Source: Phycisphaerales bacterium
GTDB lineage: Bacteria > Planctomycetota > Phycisphaerae > Phycisphaerales > UBA1924
Direction of reading: 5' to 3'
DNA: 64,000 nucleotides
Assembly: GCA_965222045.1 (NCBI GenBank)
Contig: OZ244930.1
Coordinates: forward strand, 2,684,329 to 2,748,328
Positions 44,260-54,355 of this stretch are shown here, piece after piece (position 1 is the first letter of the stretch; each line of letters starts with the position of its first letter). A model generated the notes under the pieces. That model worked only from the letters and a program-made list of their open reading frames with translations. It was not told the DNA's origin and made no database searches. The translations under genes were made by a program, and so were the position numbers.

Positions 44260-47211
44260 TCAGTTTTCGGGGCAACCTGCCTGGTACGTGCTCAGGAACG
44301 AGGAAACATCGAAAAAGTCGAGCACGCCATCCGAAGAGAAATCTGCGAGTGGGTCACCCGACGTGTAGGCTGAGAGGAACAAGCTGACATCGAAAAAGTT
44401 CAGCAGCGTATCACCATTCAGGTCAGCAGCGCAGGTAAGCACCAGCAGCACCTCGTTCGCGGTCGCGATCGTCGTAAACCGCTGATTCTCGTTGATGATC
44501 GGTGCCATGATGGAATCAAAGTTCCCCGACACGCCGCCTGTGGCGACCACGATTGAGTATCCGTTCTCGCCGGGCATGTAGCCGTTGGTGACATCGATCT
44601 CAAGTATTCCACCGATGATCGCGTGTCCCTGCACCTCGATCTGATCATGGTCTACACAAGCCACTGGGCCTCCGAGGTCCATATTGACATGAGACGTCTC
44701 GTGGAGTGTCATTGCGCCAGATACCGTGAGTTGAAGAATGTCGTGGTCCTCACCCAGCAGGATCACTGCATGGTTCTCGAAGTTGGCGGCTTCAATGAAG
44801 ACCTCATCCGGGCAAGATGCGGGGTGTCGCTTCGAGGATGGGCGCCGGACTGGGATGAGCCGGCTGCTTGTTGATGGTCCGTCTGGATCGTCAATGCCTC
44901 GCCCATTGCTCAGCGTGCCCGGCACGAAGACGCTCGCGTCAGATTGCACCCGCAGTTCGCCTCCCTCTTCGATATCAAGCCCACCGGGCACATTGAGCGG
45001 CTGATTCGCTGTGAATCGGCCGCGGAGCCGGCGAATCTGCGCTATGGCAGGGATCGATGCGGTACCACCGGTGACCGTCGCACCGGTGCCGATCGTGTCG
45101 ATTGGGCCTGGAAGTGAGAGGATGCCCAACGGTTCTACAACCCAGTTGCCGCCCACGAGCACTCCGTCCACCACTTGCGCGACATCGCCGTGAAACGACA
45201 AGGTCATCTGTTCGGAGACAAAGACAGTGCCTTGGTTATCAAAGTCAGGCCAAACGCTCGGGCTGAAGTTTGAGCCGCCAGAATCACGATTGAAGTTCTC
45301 TGCGATGAAGCTGCCGAGGTTCACGAATGTTCCGGAGCCCTGGCTGAATAGTGAGCCACCCTGACCGTTTACAGGGTGGGGACCGATCCTCCAGATACTC
45401 TGATTCGTGATGGGGCGATCTCCGACCGAGATGGACTCATGCTGATGAACGAGCCCGGTATTGATCATGCTCATGTAGATATCCGGTGACCCACCACTGA
45501 ACTGACAGTATTGCTCGTTGATGAATGTTCCTTGCGGATCATCCTCATCCCCGAGTTGGGCCGTCAGAATATTGACACCGCCTCTGTTGCGTATCGTGCC
45601 AGGGCCGGCTATTCGGGCCTCGATCTGAACTCGCTGAGTCTGATCGAGTGGCCTTGGAGCACCGAGCAACTGCAGAGAGCCAGTGACCTGATACAGCGCA
45701 GATAGAAACCCATCCACGATGATGTCGCCACCGGAATCCTCAGGTCCTCCCAGGCCGATGAGACTCGCATCCTTAAAGATGAGCGGCGTATCTGTGATGC
45801 CTGAGAACACGTTGAGACGTCCGATTGCGGGAGATGTGGCAGTGAGTTCAGCACCTCCAGACCACGTGCCACCGTGTACGAACGTGGTAGTTGCTTCACG
45901 CAGATCGAGCGTGCCGCCTTCCTGATCGATCTGACAGGGAACGGGGCCATCAAAGATCACGGGGTCCTGATCGGTGGTGCGTCGGTATACGGTACCACGA
46001 TTCGTAAATCTCACACTCTCAGACGGTGCCGCGACCATTTCCCAGACCCCGCCTGATTCATTCACAATCTCGAGTGTGCTGCTTGCTCCCACGGGCCCAC
46101 ATGCTGAGCGTTGATTGACTGTCCCTCTGTTGATGATTTTGACATCAGAAAGCAAACGCGCAGCGCTGTTCTGCGCGATTTCAGCGTAAGAACCACCCTC
46201 ATTGATGAAAAGACCATTGTGGTCGCCAGTGATACGGGCGCCATCAAAGAGCAAGCTCCCACGGTTTGTGAGTGGGGCTTCGAGAAGCATGACGTTCGGA
46301 ATAATCGCCCGACCCGGCTTTGACATCTCAAGCGTCAGTGGTGCGGTTACGTACGCACCGCTGGAGGGACCGGTGTTGAATCGTGCGATACCCTGTCCCG
46401 AAATGCGAGATAGACCCTGGAACTCATGGACAACATTGAGCCCGCCGAATGTGAGCGTACCACCATCCTGCGCAACCATCTCTCCCCCGGAATAAGTTGA
46501 CGGAGCGTTGAATCTGAGCTCGCCAGCATCAGCGAATATTGTTCCACCAGTCTGTTCGAGTGTGCAGTTGAGATCAACGGTCACGGCTGGCAGGTTCAAG
46601 ATGATTGTTCCGTTGTTGATCAGCGTTCCTTCGCCGTCGAAGCCCCGATTCATCAAGAACTCGATTGTCCCCGCGTTGTTCACGATAGATCCCGGGCCGA
46701 TGTGCGGTTCAAACATGGGATAGGCGGTGCCCGCGTTCGCGAATGTCGTCGGTGATCCGGCTTCCCCTATGAAACCGTTGAATGTCAGCGTTCCAGAGTT
46801 GCCAAAGATGCCGGTCCCAGTAAGTGTGCCTCCAGAATAGTTGCAGTTGCCTGTGAACAGAAAAAGCAGACCACTGTCGATGCTGCCGAAAATCGATGAG
46901 TCAGCAACATTGCCCCCGAAGAGTTCCAGGCTTCCAGTCAGAGATGCGGACATCATGGATAGTGCGTTGATCGTGCGTGGATTTCCGGTGAAGATCCTCA
47001 CGTCCGCCTCTTGTATCAGCACATTGTCCGTGTCTGTCGGGATCATGTCATGATCCCAGTTTGTCGTCATGCCCCCATCGCAAACTGCATCCCAAGATCC
47101 CTGCGGTATGTCTCCGCAGTCACCGTCCCACACCACATTCTGTCCCAGAACGGCGCTTGTGCTGCACGACGTGGCGATCGCCGCCATGATCTGCTTATGA
47201 TTGTAACTCAT
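44260..47211 (-). CDS. large secreted beta-helix repeat protein with C-terminal dockerin-like (GC-type) anchor
   Basis: 983 aa. Signal peptide MSYNHKQIMAAIATSCSTSAVLG. Many G/N/T-rich beta-strand repeats (GGTLTF, NAGTIEF, GSLLF). The C-terminus has duplicated D-x-D/N-G-x-L-x-F-F-D-V-S-x-F-L segments ending in AGCPEN. AAGGGGGA SD. Confidence 0.7.
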   Translation of the reverse strand: MSYNHKQIMAAIATSCSTSAVLGQNVVWDGDCGDIPQGSWDAVCDGGMTTNWDHDMIPTDTDNVLIQEADVRIFTGNPRTINALSMMSASLTGSLELFGGNVADSSIFGSIDSGLLFLFTGNCNYSGGTLTGTGIFGNSGTLTFNGFIGEAGSPTTFANAGTAYPMFEPHIGPGSIVNNAGTIEFLMNRGFDGEGTLINNGTIILNLPAVTVDLNCTLEQTGGTIFADAGELRFNAPSTYSGGEMVAQDGGTLTFGGLNVVHEFQGLSRISGQGIARFNTGPSSGAYVTAPLTLEMSKPGRAIIPNVMLLEAPLTNRGSLLFDGARITGDHNGLFINEGGSYAEIAQNSAARLLSDVKIINRGTVNQRSACGPVGASSTLEIVNESGGVWEMVAAPSESVRFTNRGTVYRRTTDQDPVIFDGPVPCQIDQEGGTLDLREATTTFVHGGTWSGGAELTATSPAIGRLNVFSGITDTPLIFKDASLIGLGGPEDSGGDIIVDGFLSALYQVTGSLQLLGAPRPLDQTQRVQIEARIAGPGTIRNRGGVNILTAQLGDEDDPQGTFINEQYCQFSGGSPDIYMSMINTGLVHQHESISVGDRPITNQSIWRIGPHPVNGQGGSLFSQGSGTFVNLGSFIAENFNRDSGGSNFSPSVWPDFDNQGTVFVSEQMTLSFHGDVAQVVDGVLVGGNWVVEPLGILSLPGPIDTIGTGATVTGGTASIPAIAQIRRLRGRFTANQPLNVPGGLDIEEGGELRVQSDASVFVPGTLSNGRGIDDPDGPSTSSRLIPVRRPSSKRHPASCPDEVFIEAANFENHAVILLGEDHDILQLTVSGAMTLHETSHVNMDLGGPVACVDHDQIEVQGHAIIGGILEIDVTNGYMPGENGYSIVVATGGVSGNFDSIMAPIINENQRFTTIATANEVLLVLTCAADLNGDTLLNFFDVSLFLSAYTSGDPLADFSSDGVLDFFDVSSFLSTYQAGCPEN

Positions 47212-47271
47212 CGTGTCCCCCTTCAGCATCAGGCTACACCGGAGGAGGATCCGACTCAATACGTATCTCGG

Positions 47272-48282
47272 CTATCTTGTATTCGATATGTGATCCGCAA
47301 GCGACAAGCCACTTAAAAACGCGGCTTCTGCGTTGTGCCACTCGCCTCTCGGTCCAGAGAGCCAGTCGCCCACAAAGCGCAGATCGAGCTCGCTGGAGAT
47401 CAAGAACGGTGCCTGGACCTGTGTCAAAGGTCTCGCGAGTCCCCAGCGATGAACGCGGGGCTCGCTGCACTGAGAGGAGGCGATCGATGTACCAAACCTA
47501 TGGTTCAGTGCCGTCATGCATGAAGACAGCATCAGTTCTTGTATGACTTGGCGATCTTCGGCCATGAGTGATGCTGATATTTGTGGCTTCATCTCCGCAA
47601 CGATGGCATAGCTGCCGCCGGATTGGCGTCTGAGTCGGATCTCCTGAAGTGGATCATCATCCGTGCCCTGGATATCGATCCAATCCTGTTCAAGATCGAT
47701 ATCCGAGAGACCAAGCAACAACATCCAAGCAGTGGAGGACTGGATTGCTCTCAGAGCTTCCGGCACGATCAGGCCGCTCTGCTCAAGGATCCTCACCGAC
47801 TGCTCGGCTGGGGTAGCGATCACGACATGATCTGCGGAGATCACGAACGGCGTCTCCTCACCGTACAGTTGCACCGTGAGAACGAACAGGTCGCCATCTC
47901 GCCTGATTGAGTACACTTCCGCAGAACTCAGAGCGTCACAGCCAAGGCTCATGGCGGACAAGATCGCACTCATTGATGGTTCTCCAATGAGTTCAGTTCT
48001 AGTCAGCCATCGTGCCTTGCCTTCGCGAACCCACTTCTCAGCGTGCTCTCGGAGAGTATCGGAATGCACATCGATCTTCGGGGCACCCTGATCGATCCAG
48101 AGTTGCTCGCGCTCGTGTGCGATCCGTTTGGAACTCATCCGCCCGCCGATCCGGCGGCCGCGGTCGATAACCAGGCACTCGTGCCCAAGCTCATTGAGTC
48201 TCTGAGCGCAGCTGAGCCCGGCCATGCCCCCGCCGATGATGGCGATGGGGATATCTCGGCTGGGTGTATCGAGCTTCTCCAT
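47272..48282 (-). CDS. NAD(P)/FAD-dependent oxidoreductase (amine-oxidase/renalase-like)
   Basis: Dinucleotide-binding IAIIGGGMAGLSCAQRL...VIDRGRRIGGR. The start is uncertain: ATG 48282, 48339 or 48342. Confidence 0.75.
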   Translation of the reverse strand: MEKLDTPSRDIPIAIIGGGMAGLSCAQRLNELGHECLVIDRGRRIGGRMSSKRIAHEREQLWIDQGAPKIDVHSDTLREHAEKWVREGKARWLTRTELIGEPSMSAILSAMSLGCDALSSAEVYSIRRDGDLFVLTVQLYGEETPFVISADHVVIATPAEQSVRILEQSGLIVPEALRAIQSSTAWMLLLGLSDIDLEQDWIDIQGTDDDPLQEIRLRRQSGGSYAIVAEMKPQISASLMAEDRQVIQELMLSSCMTALNHRFGTSIASSQCSEPRVHRWGLARPLTQVQAPFLISSELDLRFVGDWLSGPRGEWHNAEAAFLSGLSLADHISNTR

Positions 48283-48449
48283 GCCTATTTCTTCGTCCTT
48301 GGCCGCTCCGAGACGCGAAACTTCATGTCTCATGCTCATCATTGATTCCTGGACGTGACTTGCCAACAGATTCGCGGCATGCGGAGCGAACAATCTGCTA
48401 AAATGTCTCCGCTGAGAACGGACCCTCACACCAGACCCACGGACGAAAC

Positions 48450-50342
48450 ATGCTCACCCTCGCCGCATCATCCGGACACGCCGTCGGCATCGCACTCGCG
48501 ATGATCTTTGTGCTCGGGGTCGGTGCCCAGTGGCTCGCTTGGAAGATCCGGGTCCCTTCGATTCTCCTGCTCCTGCTGATCGGGATCCTCGCCGGACCGG
48601 TCGCGAGGACGGTTCTAGAAGGTACGAATTTCGCCCAGTTCGCGTTGGATCCTGACACGCTTTTCAGCAGTGATGTGCTGCTGGCGGCGGTGGGGATCGC
48701 GGTCGGGCTGATCCTCTATGAGGGCGGTCTGACGCTCAACTTCAAGGAACTCAAGAGCACGTGGAAGCCGGTGACGCTGCTCGTTTCGACTGGTGCGCTC
48801 ATCACCTGGATCATCGCCGGCATCAGCGCGTACTACATCTTTAATCTCGACCGTTCCATCGCGGTCCTCCTCGGCGCGATTCTGATCGTGACGGGCCCGA
48901 CAGTCGTTGGCCCGCTGCTCACCCACATTCGACCCAGCGGTGACTCGGGTCTGATACTCAAGTGGGAGGGTATCGTCATCGATCCCATCGGCGTGCTCGC
49001 AGCCGTGCTGGTGTTCGAAGTCATCTCTGTCAACTCCGAGATGAACGATGTCGGCTCGGTCGTTCAGGCGATCCTGGTCACGATCGTGGCGGGCACCGGG
49101 TTTGGCCTGCTGGCCGCGGTCCTCCTTCGGACCGTGATGACCCGCTTCCTCGTGCCCGACTACCTACAGAACCCGGTCTCACTGATGCTCGTCGTTGCCG
49201 CGTTTACCGCGTCCAATGAGGTCATGCCGGAGTCCGGGCTGCTCGCCACAACCGTCATGGGCATCGCGCTGGGAAATCAGAAGAAGGTCGACGTTCACCA
49301 CATTCTGGAGTTCAAGGAGAACCTCCGCGTGCTGCTCATCGCGGCGCTGTTCATCGTGCTCTCCGCCCGTTTGCAGATCGATCAGCTCGCCCAGCTCGAC
49401 TGGATGCGTGTGCTGCTGTTCTTGGCGGTGCTGATTCTTGTCGCCCGCCCTGTGGCGGTCTTCCTCGCGACGGTTGGTGCTGGCCTGAGTCTCAACGAGA
49501 GGATGTTCATCGCCTGGCTTGCGCCCCGCGGAATCGTGGCCGCAGCAGGCGCATCGATCTTCTCGCTCGGCCTGGGCACAGAGGACGCCGAGCAGATCGT
49601 TCCGCTGACATTCTCTGTCATCATCGGGACGGTGGCGTTCTACGGCCTCACCACGCCCTGGGCCGCAAAGATGCTGAGGGTCGCTGATCAGAACCCGCAG
49701 GGCGTTCTCTTTATCGGCGCGCCGTACTGGGCGCGTGCGATCGCCAGGATGCTGCACCAGCGCGGCTACAAGGTCCTGCTCGTAGACAGCAACCGTTCAA
49801 ACGTGCGCGATGCCCGGATGGATGGGCTTGACGCGATCCAGGACAACATCCTGACCATTCCCGATATCACGGACCTAGATATGCGAGGCATCGGGCGAGT
49901 CTTTGCCGCAACCCCCAACGATGAAGTGAACACCCTCGCGCTTCAACGATTTAAGGGGTACTTCGAGACCTCGAAGCTCTACCAGGTCCAGCCGCATAAA
50001 CCAAAGAAGACGGCCGAGGATGGGCATCACACCGATCGGCGATGGCGTGTTCTATTCGGGTCAGACGCCGACTTTGCGGGTCTGGAATCTCGGCTCCATA
50101 ACGGCTGGGTGATCAAAGCGACCACCATCTCGGAGGAGTTTGGTTATAGCGATTACAGAACACTATACGGATCATCCATCGTCCCGATGTTCACGCTCAA
50201 GCCGAGTGGGAGCGTCGTGGTCTGGACGACCGACAAGCCAGCCGAACCCATGCCCGGCGACACGATCGTCGCCATCGTGAACCCGGATGAACTGTTCATC
50301 GGAGCGCCCGACTTCGGGGAAGAAGAACTCCAAGAGCAGTAA
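48450..50342 (+). CDS. cation:proton antiporter (CPA1/NhaP-like) with C-terminal RCK/TrkA-like domains
   Basis: About 400-aa polytopic Na_H exchanger core, then a Rossmann-like RCK region (VLFIGAPYWARAIARMLHQRGYKVLLVD) and a TrkA-C-like tail. Confidence 0.85.
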   Translation: MLTLAASSGHAVGIALAMIFVLGVGAQWLAWKIRVPSILLLLLIGILAGPVARTVLEGTNFAQFALDPDTLFSSDVLLAAVGIAVGLILYEGGLTLNFKELKSTWKPVTLLVSTGALITWIIAGISAYYIFNLDRSIAVLLGAILIVTGPTVVGPLLTHIRPSGDSGLILKWEGIVIDPIGVLAAVLVFEVISVNSEMNDVGSVVQAILVTIVAGTGFGLLAAVLLRTVMTRFLVPDYLQNPVSLMLVVAAFTASNEVMPESGLLATTVMGIALGNQKKVDVHHILEFKENLRVLLIAALFIVLSARLQIDQLAQLDWMRVLLFLAVLILVARPVAVFLATVGAGLSLNERMFIAWLAPRGIVAAAGASIFSLGLGTEDAEQIVPLTFSVIIGTVAFYGLTTPWAAKMLRVADQNPQGVLFIGAPYWARAIARMLHQRGYKVLLVDSNRSNVRDARMDGLDAIQDNILTIPDITDLDMRGIGRVFAATPNDEVNTLALQRFKGYFETSKLYQVQPHKPKKTAEDGHHTDRRWRVLFGSDADFAGLESRLHNGWVIKATTISEEFGYSDYRTLYGSSIVPMFTLKPSGSVVVWTTDKPAEPMPGDTIVAIVNPDELFIGAPDFGEEELQEQ

Positions 50343-50349
50343 GCCCTCG

Positions 50350-51261
50350 CTACTCCTCGCTCGGGACAGTGTCGGTGTGCCCGAGCCCGAAGTTGTGCTT
50401 GAGCCAGTTGTGCACCATCGGGACGGTGACCTTCGGGCTCTCCGAGCCATTGTTTTCCATAAGCACAAGCGTCCGATCGTCGTCAGCAACTGAGACTCGG
50501 TTGCGATCGTACAATTCAGCGACGACTTGCGAGAAAATATTGATCGGCGTATCGCTCGGGCACTGCTCAAGGAGTTCCCGAAAACCGGAGGTGCCGATCT
50601 GCTTGCCCTCGTTGTCGGTCGCCTCGACGTAGGCATCGGTGTAGGCACACACGCGATCCCCGGGTTCGAGCTTGAAAGCGATCTGCTCGTACTGAGTTGA
50701 AGCGATGACGCCGAGAGGCAGGTTCATCAGCCCGACACGGAGCTCGCTCGAGGTCTCCGTGATCGCGTCGTCTGAACTTCGGTCCATGGGAGCCCAGCAG
50801 CGCTCGCCGCGTTTCATGCGCAGCGGGGGCGGGTGCCCCGCATTCACAATGATGAGGTGCCTGCTCGGTGCGAAGTAGGTCATGAGCAGTGCGGTCGCGA
50901 AACGACCGTCGCTCGCGAACGCGTCGAATGCCTCATTGAGTCGACGTGCAAACTTGGATTGATCAACGGTGTTGATCGACTTGTGCATCGCCCGTCGGAG
51001 TTCGGCGGAAAGATCGGTCACATCACGCCCATGCCCGGACACATCTGCTACGAGAATTCTTGATATCCAGCCGCTGGAACATGATGAGATGAGGTACAGG
51101 TCGCCCCCGCGGTCACCCTCGATCGGGTCGGAATGGACGCTGATATCGAGCCCGGGGACAGAAGCGGTGCGGTCTGCACGGTTCGAACCACCCCAAACCT
51201 CAAGGCATTGCAACGCGTGTGGGGACGCGACCCGGCGGGCTTGTGTCTCTGTACTAGTCAT
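50350..51261 (-). CDS. PP2C-type (SpoIIE/RsbU-like) serine phosphatase, stand-alone
   Basis: GGDLYLI ... ILVADVSGHG ... GHPPPL ... YTDAYVEA, typical SpoIIE-family metal-binding motifs. Confidence 0.82.
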   Translation of the reverse strand: MTSTETQARRVASPHALQCLEVWGGSNRADRTASVPGLDISVHSDPIEGDRGGDLYLISSCSSGWISRILVADVSGHGRDVTDLSAELRRAMHKSINTVDQSKFARRLNEAFDAFASDGRFATALLMTYFAPSRHLIIVNAGHPPPLRMKRGERCWAPMDRSSDDAITETSSELRVGLMNLPLGVIASTQYEQIAFKLEPGDRVCAYTDAYVEATDNEGKQIGTSGFRELLEQCPSDTPINIFSQVVAELYDRNRVSVADDDRTLVLMENNGSESPKVTVPMVHNWLKHNFGLGHTDTVPSEE

Positions 51262-51276
51262 GCAGGGTAAGAAGCC

Positions 51277-52158
51277 TCAGAAGCGACGCTTTATTCCGCT
51301 CGCGTTCGGCTCGCTGGCCCAATGCATCTTGTTGAGCAGGGTGTTCCAGTAGCTGACCTGAGGGTCGAGGACGAAGCCGATCTGCTCCTTTGCCGCAGAC
51401 ACGCGGAGAACATCGCCATCCTGGAGGCGGTGGTCGAACTGCCCGTCGATGATCAGCGTCGTCCCCGAGTTCTCGATCGAGTTCGCATTACAGACGCGGA
51501 TGGCGACCTCGGAGCTGCTGGGAATCACGATGGGTCGGAAGCTCAGTGAGTGTGCCGCGATCGGCGTGACCGTCATGGCGTTCACGTCTGGGGCAACAAT
51601 TGGGCCGCCGGCCGACACGTTATAGGCGGTCGAGCCGAGCGGGGTCGAGACGATGATCCCGTCACCGGATACCCGCGGGCCGACCTGCTCATCGACAGAG
51701 ATATCGAGCGTGATCATGCGGAACGGTGGGCCCGCGCTGACCACGAACTCGTTCAACGCGAAAGAAGAGAATACCGGCTTGCCCTCGGTATCTCGAACGA
51801 CACCGTGCAGCGGGATGACCGGCTTGATGTTGAGTGACTCACCGCCGAGCAGGGCTGGTGCATTGGCTTTGAAACGATCAAGCTCATAGCCAGCCATAAA
51901 CCCGACCTTGCCGGTATTGACCCCCAACAACGGAGCACGCAGCGTCAGGCATTTATGGGCGGCCGACAAAATCGTCCCGTCGCCGCCCAGCGCGATCACC
52001 AGATCCACATCCTCCGGATCAGGCAGGCCGTTCTCTTCTCTCGTCTGGAGCTCGGCGACAAGATGACCGTGCTTCTCGATCAGCGAACGGATCTCGTCCC
52101 AAACCTCGGAGGCCTTGGGCTTGTTTTTGTTCGAGATCAGCGCGACTCGGCGTTTCAT
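51277..52158 (-). CDS. nadK: NAD kinase
   Basis: GGDGTIL motif and an NAD-kinase C-terminal domain. First ATG at 52158. The ORF-track start 52176 is a TTG abutting the dxs stop. Confidence 0.9.
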   Translation of the reverse strand: MKRRVALISNKNKPKASEVWDEIRSLIEKHGHLVAELQTREENGLPDPEDVDLVIALGGDGTILSAAHKCLTLRAPLLGVNTGKVGFMAGYELDRFKANAPALLGGESLNIKPVIPLHGVVRDTEGKPVFSSFALNEFVVSAGPPFRMITLDISVDEQVGPRVSGDGIIVSTPLGSTAYNVSAGGPIVAPDVNAMTVTPIAAHSLSFRPIVIPSSSEVAIRVCNANSIENSGTTLIIDGQFDHRLQDGDVLRVSAAKEQIGFVLDPQVSYWNTLLNKMHWASEPNASGIKRRF

Positions 52159-52176
52159 GGTCTCAGTTCGTGACAA

Positions 52177-54186
52177 TCACACACCAAGCGACGGTTTCTG
52201 AGCTGCTGCTTTGGGCTCGGTTCGCTGTGCAGGGTTGGCGATGAAACACGCGTGCTCGCTGGGAGCATATGTGTGGCGGATCATCCGTGCGATTCCATCG
52301 GCATCCAGCCCGACCTGCGCAAGCTGATCTTTTCTTGAATCTTGGATGATCCAATGGTCGGGTATGCCATGACGCACGACTCGGGCACTGCTGAGCCCCA
52401 TCTCCTGGCAGCTCTCGAGCACAGCGCTGCCGAAGCCGCCGATGATCGAGTGGTCCTCAATCGTAAGAATCGGTATCTGCCGCTCGGCCAGGTCTCGCAA
52501 GAGCGCTGTGTCGACGGGCTTCGCAAACCGGGCGTCGTACAGCGCGACCCTGTACTCGTCTCCGAGCAGGCTGATCGCATCGGATGCAGCGACCGCCGGC
52601 GTGCCATACGCGAGCACGGCGACATCGGGCTTGTGCGCATCCAGATCTGAAAACTCAGGCGAGAGCAAGCGTGCCTTGCCAATTTCGAAGGGTTCCGCGA
52701 CGCCGAAGCGTTCATCAATGTCATCGCGTGGGTAGCGTACGCTGCTCAGCCCGCCGTCCCAGGTGCGCATGAACTCGAGCGATGCGACGAGTGATGATTC
52801 ATCGATCGCAGCGGTAAGCACCGCGTCTGGCAGGGTCCGCAGGATGGCGATATCGCAGAACCCGTGGTGCACGGCCCCGTCTCCGCCGACGAGCCCTGCC
52901 CGATCGAGGCACAGACGGACAGGGAGGCCCTGGAGAGCCGACTCCTGGAACGCCTGATCAAATGCTCGCTGCAGGAAGGTCGAATAGACCGCGAAGAACG
53001 GCTTGAGCCCACACTTCGCCATGCCGGCCATCATATCCAGGGCGTGAGACTCACAGATGCCCGTGTCGAAGCTCCGGGTTGGGTGTGCTTCGATGGCGCG
53101 AACAACCCCGGTCCCGTCAGGCATCGCGGCAGTTGCGGTGACCACAGACTCGTCTCTGTCCATGAGATCCACCAGCGCATCTCCGAACGCGGCGGTGAAC
53201 GAGCGCCCTCCCGATTTCATTTCGATCCGACAACCGAGCTGCTCATCTCGCTCAACCTTGAATGCCTTGGGCGAGTGAAACTTCGTCGCGTCTTCTTCCG
53301 CGATATCCAGCCCTTTGCCCTTGATCGTCTTGACGTGCAGGACCATGGGGCGATCGATGTCTCTCGCCTCGGTCAGGAACTCGATGAGTGTCGGGAGATC
53401 GTGACCGTCAATCGGCCCGACGGTCAGGAGCCCAAACTGCTCAAACCATGAGTCCTCCGCGATCGCGGCCTTCGTCATTTCTCCCACACGGTGGTACGCT
53501 TCCTTGATGTACCCGCCCCCGGGAACATGCCTGAGCAGTTCCTTGGCGCCCTTCTTGAAATCGCTGTAAGTATGAGAAACACGCACGCGGTCAAAGTACT
53601 GCGCCATCGCCCCCTGCGGCTTGGAGATACTCATGCCGTTGTCGTTGAGCACGACCAGGAACTGACGCTTGAGCGTCCCGGCATTGTTCAGCCCCTCCAT
53701 CGCGACACCGTTGACAATGGACGCGTCACCGATCAATGAAACGACACGCTTCCCGTCCTGGCGGTCGCCAGGGACAAAGGAAGTGCCCCGTAGCTCGTCT
53801 CCACGGGCCATGCCGACCGCGGTCGAAATGCCTGTCCCCGCGTGGCCCACCCGGAAGAGGTCGTACTCGCTCTCTGAGGGTTCCGGGAACCCTGATATGC
53901 CCGCGCTGGTCCTGAGCATCTCAAACTTCGCGAGACGACCGGTGAGCAGCTTATGCGGGTAGCACTGGTGACCCACATCAAAGAGCAGGCGGTCATGCGC
54001 GAAGTCGAATACACGGTGCATCGCGATCGTTAGCTCGACGACGCCAAGGTTCGGGGCGAGGTGGCCGCCGCTGCGTGAAACCTTGTCGATGATGGCCCCG
54101 CGGATCTCGCGCGCGAGCTCCTCAAGCTGGGCGATGGACATCGTCTGGAGGTCACGGGGAGATTGGATCTGAGAGAGCAAGCCCAT
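52177..54186 (-). CDS. dxs: 1-deoxy-D-xylulose-5-phosphate synthase
   Basis: Full-length DXS with the TPP-binding GDASIVNGVAMEGLNNAG and a transketolase-like C-terminal half. The C-terminal tail is extended by about 30 aa. Confidence 0.96.
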   Translation of the reverse strand: MGLLSQIQSPRDLQTMSIAQLEELAREIRGAIIDKVSRSGGHLAPNLGVVELTIAMHRVFDFAHDRLLFDVGHQCYPHKLLTGRLAKFEMLRTSAGISGFPEPSESEYDLFRVGHAGTGISTAVGMARGDELRGTSFVPGDRQDGKRVVSLIGDASIVNGVAMEGLNNAGTLKRQFLVVLNDNGMSISKPQGAMAQYFDRVRVSHTYSDFKKGAKELLRHVPGGGYIKEAYHRVGEMTKAAIAEDSWFEQFGLLTVGPIDGHDLPTLIEFLTEARDIDRPMVLHVKTIKGKGLDIAEEDATKFHSPKAFKVERDEQLGCRIEMKSGGRSFTAAFGDALVDLMDRDESVVTATAAMPDGTGVVRAIEAHPTRSFDTGICESHALDMMAGMAKCGLKPFFAVYSTFLQRAFDQAFQESALQGLPVRLCLDRAGLVGGDGAVHHGFCDIAILRTLPDAVLTAAIDESSLVASLEFMRTWDGGLSSVRYPRDDIDERFGVAEPFEIGKARLLSPEFSDLDAHKPDVAVLAYGTPAVAASDAISLLGDEYRVALYDARFAKPVDTALLRDLAERQIPILTIEDHSIIGGFGSAVLESCQEMGLSSARVVRHGIPDHWIIQDSRKDQLAQVGLDADGIARMIRHTYAPSEHACFIANPAQRTEPKAAAQKPSLGV

Positions 54187-54355
54187 GGAGTCCTTTCAAG
54201 CGAGTCCGCTGCGAGCAGGCAAAGCCAACACAAGTATAGAGAGACGCGTGAATCCACGCCACCGCAGAAGCTACTGGTGTTGCAACCGGACAGTTCGGCG
54301 GATCCTAAGGGCTGGATACAAGAACTCAGGCGTCATCCGATAATCTGCGGCCAGA

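Noticed and set aside
10351-51261. The STAS antagonist (10351..10713) and the PP2C/SpoIIE phosphatase (50350..51261) as a partner-switching system.
   Set aside because: They are 40 kb apart, and no anti-sigma serine kinase or sigma factor is present in the window. Nothing links them beyond generic family knowledge.
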